The translations under genes were made by a program, and so were the position numbers. The notes under the pieces were generated by a model that was not told the DNA's origin, searched no databases, and saw nothing but the letters and a program-made list of their open reading frames with translations. A stretch of DNA of 64,000 nucleotides from Mobula birostris (lineage: Eukaryota): the NCBI RefSeq assembly GCF_030028105.1, contig NC_092397.1:32207097-32271096 (forward strand). Reading direction: 5' to 3'. Shown here one piece after another: positions 53,662 to 64,000 of the stretch. Positions within the stretch are counted from its first letter, which is position 1, and each line of letters starts with the position of its first letter.

Positions 53662-53736
53662 TTGCTCTGGGCCGCCGCCTTTCGCTTCAGTTCTCATTCA
53701 GTCTGATTGTGAGAAGGATTTTCCAGAGTCGCCGAC

Positions 53737-54387
53737 ATGAGCGAGACAGCACCCGCCGAAACGGCTCCTCCAGCCGCACCCGCCGCCGCAAAGAAGACTC
53801 CCAAGAAGAAGGCGGCTGTCCGGAGCAAACCAGCCGGTCCCAAGCTGAGCGAACAAATCGATAAGATTGTGGCGGGTTGTCGCGATAGGAAGGGGATGTC
53901 CGCTGTGGCCATCATGAAGGCTCTGACCAGCAGCGGTCTCGATGTAGGGAAACGTCGCGCCCAGATCAGGATGTGTATCAGGAAGAGAGTGGAAAGCGGC
54001 TCCTTGGTTCAGACCAAGGGCGCGGGTCTTTCGGGATCCTTTAAATCCGGTCAAGGAAAAAGTGCCGTGAAAGCGGTGAAGAAAGCGAACAAGCCATCGG
54101 TAAAGAAATCTGTCATCAAGAAATCTCCAAGCAAGAAGTCTGGCGCCAAGAACCCAGCGGCTAAGAAAACGGCAGCTAAGAAACCAGCGGCTAAGAAAAC
54201 GGCAGCTAAGAAACCAGCGGCTAAGAAAACGGCAGCTAAGAAACCAGCGGCTAAAAAAGCGGCAGCTAAGAAACCAGCGGCTAAAAAAGCGGCAGCTAAG
54301 AAACCAGCGGCGTCGAAGCCAAAGAGCCCCAAGAAACTCGCAGCCCCGAAGAAGAAGGCGGCCAAGAAGACAGCAGTCAAAAAGTGA
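53737..54387 (+). CDS. H1: Linker histone H1, replication-dependent type (216 aa)
   Basis: MSETAPA N-terminus, globular domain ..[25 protein letters not shown]-rich tail; stem-loop GGCTCTTCTCAGAGCC at 54424-54439 and aaaagag downstream. Confidence 0.95.
   Translation: MSETAPAETAPPAAPAAAKKTPKKKAAVRSKPAGPKLSEQIDKIVAGCRDRKGMSAVAIMKALTSSGLDVGKRRAQIRMCIRKRVESGSLVQTKGAGLSGSFKSGQGKSAVKAVKKANKPSVKKSVIKKSPSKKSGAKNPAAKKTAAKKPAAKKTAAKKPAAKKTAAKKPAAKKAAAKKPAAKKAAAKKPAASKPKSPKKLAAPKKKAAKKTAVKK
54154..54312 (+). repeat. 30-bp coding tandem repeat in the H1 tail, PAAKK(T/A)AAKK, five copies plus a partial
   Basis: ccagcggctaagaaaacggcagctaagaaa at 54154, 54184, 54214, 54244 and 54274. Confidence 0.95.
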
Positions 54388-55291
54388 ATTAAGATATACG
54401 GTTTGTAAGTGTTTGAACCCAACGGCTCTTCTCAGAGCCACCCACATCTCAGAAAAGAGCTGATCATGAATATTGTGATTCCCGTGCCGGGTCCGACTGA
54501 GTTTTACGGGGAAACTTATCGCATAAAACCCGATATTCCCGGTACCTCTCTGACATTCAGAGCGGCCCTGACGTCCCAGATTTGAAGTGAAACACTGCGT
54601 TTCACTCGGGTTGTGTGTGTCTGAGAGAGAGTGAGACCGGTGGGGTGGTCTGTAGGCCCAGTTCCTTCTCCCGCTCCAGGACAGCGTGACTGAGATTCCG
54701 CACCTCGCATCCCAAAGCCCGATTCAGCTGAGTTGATTGGGAACTGCTGAAACCTATGTGAGAGGGGAGGGGGCGTCTTGAGAGAGGGATCTGTCTCTGG
54801 GGATGGACTGCAGGGGGAAGATATATGATAACCTACCCGGCGACTTTGCCGACTGACCTTCAATCAGGTACCAGCTACAAAAGTTTATTTACACAACATT
54901 TACAAGAATAAAATCAAAAATATATAATTACCGCTCTCGGAAATCTCCCACTGTACCCATCGCGACCGCATGCTCCCACTCCAAGGACAGCCGGGCATGT
55001 CGAAAGCAAACAAAACGGTAACAGCCGCAGCAGCTGTACATGCCAGGTTTGTGGGAGAAGTGAAGGGCCAGATGAGACCCTGACAGGGAGGGAGCGCGTT
55101 CATCTCCTGTCTCTCGCTGAATTAACCTGTCGGCACAGAACAGCTGATGATTGCGGTCAGTTAATGCAAAACCGAACAACCCCATCAGGAAGGCAGATCG
55201 TCACTAATAATCAGCAAGCGACAGCCCTTTCCTTTGCTGTGGTAGTGGCTCTTAAAAGAGCCTTTTCTTGTGCTTGTTGTGGAGGCTGGGT

Positions 55292-55708
<417 letters not shown>

Positions 55709-56378
55709 TCAGAACCGGCAACACAGGCTGAAATACAGGAACAAGATAGACGAAACGTGCTTCGGGACGGATTTTATACTTTTGGAAAGGGTCCGCCCCT
55801 CACCTCTGATTGGCTGAACCAGGTGTCTATTAAGATTCCTTACTGCGATTGGTTGATTCATTTCCTGTAGGCTGGCGGCGAATAAAAATTTACGACAAAT
55901 AAAAATTTGCCGAGTGGTCGGACTTCATTCATGCAGAGTGATTGGCGCCGGATTAATTTAAAATCGCCCGGCAATTGAAGACCACCCAGCAACGGTGCTT
56001 GATTACATTTTATTTACAATTAATTGTATGCCGAATTATACAAATTCAGTTTCATTTAATAAATTTAATATCTAATTTCCTCAGTTAAGATTTAAATTCA
56101 CAACTGCAGAATCGTTCTCTAAACGAGTGAACTGATTTCTGTTCGAAACTGATAGAGGATTAAAATCGATCCTAATGCAGGTTTTGCGGTAATCACTGAC
56201 TGGAAAGGCAGAATTGCAGTATGTTTCAAGCGGAATCGATCAATCTGTTTCAAATGCAACTCAGCTGAATGTATCGATAAAAAATAATTAAAAGTCTGTG
56301 GATACGGCTCCGTTTGTGAGGCGGTGGGTGGCTCTTAGAGGAGCCTTTGTTTTGTGCTCGGGAGGAGGTGGGAGTTTT

Positions 56379-56744
<366 letters not shown>

Positions 56745-57714
56745 TTATACACAGCGCCCCGACCTGCCCGAGAAACGCGCAGAGAGACAGAGGCGGGGAG
56801 GGGAGGAGACAGAGTCAGAGTGACGGACAGAGCCGAGACCGGCCTCTCATCGTCCAGCTCCGCCTTCACTTTACCACAACCGCCAATTTCCAACGATTCA
56901 TCCGACACGAAGCGCTCCAGCGAAAAACAAAACTCCCTCACACACAGTCTGAAAAGAACGAGAGCCAATGTCAGGCTAATAAACATGGTGGGATTGCTGG
57001 GCTGAAATGAGTTTATTTCAACATTAGGAGTTTTATGTCATCGGATGGACAGGGCTGGCAGCTCAACATTCCTGGGTTTGATTGTTTTACATGTGAGTGG
57101 GGGAGGGAGGGGGGGTTAAAAGATGCAGAGGTTACCCCACTGGGAATGTCACTGCAAACTGGAAGGTTCATTTACAGAGGCAATCTGCAGTTACACTGCT
57201 GGGATGTTTGCACTGGCCCCACAATAACCAGTGGGGGGACTTTATCTTCCCTAGAATTGACTGGAATTTGCTCAATACTAAGAAGTGCAAGATTTCTTCA
57301 GTGAATCTGAGGAAAGTTTGAAACATTATGTCGAGCCCAACCAGAGTTGAGAACATGTGGGAATTAGTTTTGGGAAATGAACCAGACCAGGAGACAGCCA
57401 AGACTCAGTGAAAATTTTGGGATCTTATATTTTTCTTAGTTATGAGTAAGAATAAAATTAGATCTTGTAAGAAGGTACTAAATTGCAGGAGGGCAAGTTA
57501 GGACGTAGTAAGACAGAAGCCAAGGGGCATTGATTGGGAGCAGCCACATGTGGGAGTTGTTTAAAGACCACCAGGTCAGAGTTAAATATTGAGGTACAGG
57601 ATTTATGCACATTTGCAAAGGCATGACCTGCTTAGGGACAATCAGCATGGTTTTGTGTGGGCAGATCACGCTTGACAAAGTTGCTCGAGGTTTGTGAGGT
57701 GATGACAGAGACTA

Positions 57715-58670
57715 AGGTATAGGAGTAGAATTAGACCATTTGGCCCATCGAGTCTGCTCTGACATTTCATTGTGGCTGATCCATTTTTCCTCTCAGCCCC
57801 AATCTCCTGCCTTCTCCATGTGTCCCTTCATGCTCTGACCAATCAAGAATCTATCGATCTCTACCTTAAATATACCTAAAGCCTTGGCCTCCACAGCTGC
57901 TGCCTGTGACAACGAATTCCACAGATTCACCACTCTCTCTAAAGAAATTCCTCCTCATCTCCATTCTAAAAGGATGCTCCTCTATTCTGCGGCTGTGTCC
58001 TCTGGTCTTAGACACTCCCATCCTCTCCACATCAATTTTATCACAGTGATAGGTTTCAATTAGTCATCCCTCATTGTTCTCAATTCCAGTGAATAAAAAG
58101 CCCAGAGCCATGAAATGTTCTTCATATGACAAGCTGTTTGATCCTGGAATCATTTCAGAGAATCTCGTTTGAAACCCATCCAGTTTCAGCTCATCCTTCC
58201 ATACAGGGCCCAAAACTGCTCCCAATACTCCAAGTGAGACTTTGCCAGTACTTCATAAAGTCTCGACATTACAGTCTTGTTTTTATATTCCAGTCCTCTT
58301 GAAATGAATGCTAACATCACAGTTGCCTTTCTCAGCAGAGACCCAACCTGCAAATTAGCCTTTAGAGAATCCTGCACAATGACTCCCAAATCCCTTTGTA
58401 CCTCAAGTTTTTGTATCTTCTCTCCATTTAGAAAATAATCAACCCTACTATTTCTTCAACGAAAGTGCATGACCATACACTTCCCAATTCTGTATTCCAT
58501 CTGCCACTTCTTTGCCCATTCTCTTCATCTGTCTGTCCTTCCCTATTTCCTCAAAAATACCTGCGCCTCCACCTGTCTCTTCATATCATCTGCAAATTTT
58601 GCAATAAATTCATGAATTCCATCATCCAAATCATTGACATATAATGTGAAAAGAATGAGACCCAACATCT
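57715..58670 (-). mobile_element. CR1 3' portion
   Basis: ORF 58186..58389 LAFISRGLEYKNK..HLEYWEQFWA; same insertion as 26680-27230. Confidence 0.75.
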
Positions 58671-59274
58671 TGGTGCTTGATGAGGGCAAGGCTGTGGACA
58701 TGATCCGCATAAACCTCAGTACGGCATTTGAAAAAGAGCAGTGGGATTCAATATAAATTGCAATTTCAATTCAGAAATGGCTTTCTCATAGAAGGCTAAG
58801 TAGGGCTGGAAGTCTGTGAGCAGTGGTGATCCACAAGGATTGATGCTGGGAATTATGTTGTTTCTGATATATATCGATGTTTGGATGAAAATGTTGATGG
58901 GCAGTTTACAAGTCTACAGGTGACAGCAAGATAGGTGGAATTGTGGACAGTGTAGATATTGATCAATGCACACAGTGGGATACAGATCACAAACAGATAT
59001 GCAGAGTAGCTGCAGAAGGAATTTAATCTGGGAGGGAATGTGGCGTTGCAGTTTGGGAGGTCAAATGAAAGAAGCAAGTATAATGTTAATGACTGAACCC
59101 TTCACAGCATTGGTGTAAAGAGTGATCTTGGGATCCAGGCACATAGTTCACTGAATGTGGCTACACAACGGGATAAGGTGTGCAGAATGCTGGTTTCCAC
59201 TGGTCAGGGTGTTAAGCATAAGAGTAAGGGTGTCATGTAATATAACGTACAGGGAATGGACCATGTGCAGGTAG

Positions 59275-59630
59275 GTGTATTCACCTCCTTCAAGTCAGTA
59301 TTTAGTCGATGGACCGTTGGCAGCAATTACAACCATGAGTCTATGTGGATAGGTCACTATCAGCTTTGCACATCTGGACACTGCAATTTTTCCCATTCTT
59401 CCTTACAAAACTGCTCAAGGTCTGTCAGAATGCACAGAGTTTATGAGTGAACAGCCCTTTTCAAGTCCAGCCACAGACTGAGGTCTGGACTCTGACTTGG
59501 CCACACCAGGACATGAACTGTGCTGTCTTAAGGCATTCCTGTGCAGCTTTGGTTTTAAGCTCGCAGTCATTGTCTTGCTGGAAAACAAATCTTTTCTGAA
59601 GTCTCAGTTCTCTTGCAGATTGCATTAAGT
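59275..59630 (-). mobile_element. Tc1 transposase 3' fragment
   Basis: Reverse complement aligns to ~26000-26350 (FQQDND, EEWEKIAVSRCAKL). Confidence 0.7.
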
Positions 59631-59649
59631 ACAGCTCATCCTTAGGGAA

Positions 59650-60022
59650 CGTGTGGTTTGTGGAGGGATGATGATCTGAGGAGCTGGGTGACAGGCAGAA
59701 AAGGCAAAGCGATGAAGAGAAAGGAATCCAATAGGAGAGAACTTTGGACCATGGGATGACATGAAGGAGGTGGAGAACCAGACAGAGTTGATGGGCAGGT
59801 CATGAGGGTGTGTGAAGAGAGGTGAAGGGGTTAAATGGTATCAGAATGGGTGAAAAGAAGTGGGGGTGAGGGAAACAGAGTGCAGTGATATCCGGAATTG
59901 GTAGAAATCAATGTTCATTCTATCAAGATTGGAGGCTGCACAGTCAGAATATGAGGTGTTCTTCGGCTAACCTGTACTTGGCTTCGTCGTAGCAGTAGAG
60001 GAGGCCACATGCAAACATGTTG
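59650..60022 (-). mobile_element. Old Penelope-like 3' fragment
   Basis: Minus strand RLAEEHLIF..MNIDF followed by a pyrimidine tract. Confidence 0.55.
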
Positions 60023-60086
60023 GTGATGGCTCTCCGCTGGTCAGGGTCGACCATGGATATTGCGCCCTAGCTGTGGAAGTCGATAT

Positions 60087-60361
60087 GCAAGTCGGGGAAG
60101 TACGATACGTAAAGCAAGTCGGGGACGTACGAAACGTAAAGCAAGTCAGGGACGTACGAAACGTAAAGCAAGTCAGGGACGTACGAAACGTAAAGCAAGT
60201 CAGGGACGTACAAAACGTAAAGCAAGTCAGGGACGTACGATACGTAAAGCAAGTCGGGGACGTACGATACGTAAAGCAAGTCGGGGACGTACGAAACGTA
60301 AAGCAAGTCGGGGACGTACAAAACGTAAAGCAAGGCAGGGAAGTACGATACGTGAAGCAAG
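60087..60361. repeat. 27-bp CpG-rich tandem repeat, 10 copies, inside a short interspersed fragment (~60030-60458, possibly RTE 5'-UTR-like)
   Basis: GCAAG recurs every 27 nt from 60087 to 60357; unit gcaagtc(g/a)gggacgtac(g/a)a(a/t)acgtaaa. Confidence 0.95.
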
Positions 60362-63179
60362 CAGTCGCCCATGCAGGAGCTGATGATTCCAGAGCAACAG
60401 CGGAGACCGATGGAGTCAAGCACCAGCGGTGTCGCAGGATTGCCAGTCTGCACTGAACATCAGACCATCAGACCAACAAGGAGTTAGTGTTCACAGTGGG
60501 GACACAGAAAACATCCCACAGATATCTGATGGTGACATTTCAATATTGTGCCATAATGTGTAACAACCGCCGTCTCCAGGGAGAAACCAATGGGACTAAA
60601 AGCAAACATTACCAGGTCCCAACGACCTCCACTAAAGTCTGGAGAGAAAGGAGAGACATTGAAGTCTGTCAAAACTCACTGTTACAGAAAGGTCCCAGTT
60701 AGTTGAAAACCATTGTTGAAGAAGGGTGGAAGGTAACTGTAGTCCTGTTAACTTCACTTCAGGTACTAATCTATCTAATTAATCTATCAAGAAATAGCAA
60801 ATCATTTCGAAAAGTTCAATGTCATTGAACTAAGTCAACAGGGTTTACAGTCAGATTCACACAGCACAGAAAAAAGACCTTCAGTTCAAATTGTCCACGA
60901 TGACCAACGTTTCCATCTGAGCTCGTGGTCTGTAACCCCCTCACCACCACCAACTGGAAAAGTTGCCCTTCAGGTTCCTATTAAAGCTCATCTTAAACCA
61001 ATGCCCTCCAGTTCTTGATTCCCCAACACTGGCAAAATGATTGTTATCTCTGACCCAACTCAGGCCCCTTATAATTGTATACACCTCTGCAATATCATTA
61101 CTCATTCTCCAACATTCCAGGGAAAATTGACCAAAATGCTTTCCACAAATCAGTCCTTCAAGATCCAGCAACATCCTCGTAAATCTCCTCTGCTCTCTTC
61201 CCAGCTTAATGGTGTCTGTCAGACAGCAGGGTCACTGAAACTAAACACTATTTGCGAAATGCGGCCAAACCAACGTGTTGGACAACTGCAACATTTCATC
61301 CCAGCTTCTATATTCGGTGCCCTGACTGAAGGCCAGTGTTCCAAAAGCCTCTTCACCACCCTGTCCATCTGGAACCTGGTCTTGGACCCTGTAAACTGGG
61401 TTGTTGAATGTTTAGGCATGTTTGACAAACATACCAGAGATTTGAGACTTTACAGGGGAAGTTGGAGAAGTGGTGTTTTTGGATTTTCAGGAGCCATTTG
61501 CCAAGGTGCCACATGTAAGGCTGGTGCACAAGACCAGAGCTCAGTACTGGGAAGGAAGTGTGTTAATACTGACTGAAGACTGGTCATCATACTGAGACAG
61601 AATAACAGGTCTGTTTCAGACTGGGATGATATTACTAGTGGAGTGTCCCAGTGACCAGTTCTGGATTGTCAATGATTTGTTATTGATATTAATGACCCAG
61701 AGGAGGGAGGTCAATGACAGGGAATGTGGTGAAGGACATGTTGTGATTGGACATTTCATCTCTCCAACAGGATAAGAAGAAGCTGGTGAGTAGAATACTT
61801 GGTAAATGGAGTTTAATGTGGTGAAGTATGATGGCATGTAGAATGGTAGGAGGAATCAAAAGTCAGACTGTGATTTATGTGGAGATAAATTGTAAACGGG
61901 AGAAATAGAGAGGGGTCAAGGTGCTGAACTACACAGCAAAATAGAGACGGGTGCAGTGAGTGGTTCATAAAACTATATATGACCAAGGTTCAGAGGTGAA
62001 TGGTCCATTGACATTTACTGCTGGGGTGTTGGTGCGGAGAAACAGAGAAGTGTTGTTACTGTGACAGACAAGTGCACAATGATGGATTTTGGGAAGTTAA
62101 AGCAAGTCAGGACGTACCCAGTGAATGGAGGGTCCTGAGGATTGTTGATGAAAGAGAAACCTGGGGCACAGGTACGTAATTCCCTGAAAGTGCCAACACA
62201 GGTAGAAAAGGTGGTGAAGAAGGAACACGACATGCTTGTCTTCATCGGCAAAGGCTATGAGAGGAGTTGGGTCATCACATTACAGTTGTACATATCAATA
62301 ATGACACCACACCAGGAGTACCCTGTGCAGTTCTGGTCACATGAGAGGAAGGATGTGATTAAACTGGAAAGGTGCACAAACGATTCACAGGAATGTTATC
62401 TGGACTGGGGGCTTGAGTTACAAGGAAAGATCAGACCGACTGGGACTGTCTTCCCTGGAGTGAAGGAGACTGAGGGGAGACCTGACCGAAGATTATAAAA
62501 CTATGAGATGTGTAGACAAGGTAAACAGGCAGATTCATTTTGCCAGGGTAGAAATATCAAATATGAGAAGGTGCAGCTTTAAAATGCTAGGGTGAGAATT
62601 TAAAGGTGGACGTTAGGGCAGGTAAGATTTCTGTTTTTGTACAGAGAGTGGTGAGGGCCAGGTATGGGCTGCCATGGGGAGTGGTGGAAGCAGATACGAT
62701 AATGACATTTAACAGAATTTTAGACAAATCCATGAATATTCACAGAATTTAAGCACATGAATTATAAGCAGGCAGAAGAGATTAAGTTTCATTTGGCATC
62801 GTGTTCAGCACAGACATCATGGGAAGAAGGGTCTGTTCCTGTGCTGTACTGTTCTGTGTTCTCGGTGAGCCTCAGTGACAGGGGAGTCTTTAGCCAGGGT
62901 CACAGACAGGTGTATCTGTGGTAAGGAGAGAGACTGCAGGATGGTGCATTACCTCCCTGGTACCAGGGACAGGGATGGAACTGAACAAGTACAGGCCATT
63001 CTGAAAGGGCAGGGTGAGCAGCCAGAGGTCGTGGTCCATATTGGCTCTAACAAAAGAGACAAAGTCCTGCAAAGAGAACTTAGGGAGTTGGGGAAAAGTT
63101 AAGTAGAAACTCTGTGGTGGGGGTGGGGGATAATCCCAGTACCACTCACTAGCGAGGGAAGGGAAAAAAAAGGTATCAC

Positions 63180-63282
63180 AGTTCCGGCCCAAAACGGTGA
63201 CTTTTCGTTTCCACGGATGCTGCCCGACCTGCTGAGTTCCTCCAGCGTGGTGTGCATGTTGCTTTAACCCCAGCATCCACAG
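63180..63282 (+). mobile_element. Penelope-like terminal fragment present only in the right arm
   Basis: cggcccaaaacg..gatgctgccc.acctgctgagttcctccagc; not seen at the paralogous position (21300-22030). Confidence 0.6.
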
Positions 63283-64000
63283 AGTATTTTGTGTTTATAG
63301 AGATCCAGCTGAGAGAAGGGCAAGACTGGAAGTGAAACATTCCAGGATTCAGATGATTCAGGCAGTCCAGAGGGAGGTGAATGAGGTTGGGGATCTGTAC
63401 GGCTGATCAGGCAGAATGTCACAAGGTCGAGGTCACTCTGGAGGCTCCTCCAGTCAGACAATGTGGGTGGAGTTCAGGAATAAGAAAGGAGCAATCCCCG
63501 TGCTAGGATTATACTGGAAGCCTCACAACGGCCAGTAAGAGAGGAACAGATATGTCGGCAGGTTATGGACTGATGTAAAAACTACAGAGTAGGTGTGGTG
63601 AGTGAATAATCTCCCCAGAGTAACTGGGACTCCCTTGCACCCTAAGGCTTGGATGGAGCATTATCTGTGTTCAGGAAGGTTTCCTGAAACAATATGTGGT
63701 CCACCAGGGAGGGGGACATTCTTGACTTCACCTTGGGAAATATGGGACTCAGCAGAGTGGTGGCAGGAACAACCAGTGTTCTAGGAGGAATTAGACAGGT
63801 CCTTCAGGGGAAATGACCTGCAGAGCTGTGGGGACAGAGTGGGGAATGGGATTGTGGAAATGTTGTAGCAGGAGTTGGTATAAATTTGATGGGTCAAATA
63901 GTCTCGACGATCACAGAATGATTCTCCGCCCAATAATAGTCTGAAAAAAATCACTCTGGTCGCCAGTGAATCTACAAAACTCCAGGATGGACAAGATCAA

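Noticed and set aside
53698-54447. 249-aa antisense ORF with [10 protein letters not shown] repeats
   Set aside because: Antisense shadow of the H1 gene and its tail repeat.
60087-60361. CRISPR-like array
   Set aside because: Units are contiguous with no unique spacers, there are no cas genes, and the context is eukaryotic. The same applies to the 46-bp array at 41096.
60060-60456. Protamine-like ORF (RTKRKASRG)n and other repeat ORFs
   Set aside because: They are by-products of a 27-bp repeat (multiple of 3) that is open in several frames; non-ATG starts, no promoter and no stem-loop.
62098-62117. 20-nt match (taaagcaagtcaggacgtac) to the 27-bp repeat unit
   Set aside because: It lies in ordinary CR1 RT sequence whose paralog at ~23093 matches less well; likely coincidence.

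Overview
Vertebrate nuclear DNA, most likely from a cartilaginous fish (ray/skate-like); this is inferred from the repeat complement and the H1/H2A/H2B sequences and is not verified. The window is mostly decayed non-LTR retrotransposons (CR1, Rex1/Babar-like, one I/Nimb-like), Penelope-like element ends and one Tc1 transposon. Embedded in these are a small tRNA cluster (iMet-CAT, Asn-GTT, Gly with a CCC anticodon on a TCC-type body, and an Asp pseudogene lacking the D-arm), two CpG-rich promoter-like regions, a decayed C2H2 zinc-finger gene and a dispersed replication-dependent histone locus. The histone locus has exactly one intact gene each for H4, H2B, H2A, H1 and H3, plus frameshifted H2B and H4 copies and several orphan promoters or 3' ends. 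A large inverted duplication (about 20586-29775 versus 55915-64000 and beyond) frames the locus; its two H4 genes show no synonymous differences although the flanks are clearly diverged. The most notable hidden signal is about a dozen Penelope-derived short elements whose consensus folds into a minimal type I hammerhead ribozyme (CAGUC-CUGANGA-A-GGGUCUCGGCCC-GAAACGUC/GACUG). Several are head-to-head palindromes joined at the ribozyme, and one target-site-duplicated insertion starts at the predicted cleavage triplet. Repeat boundaries are by-eye estimates.
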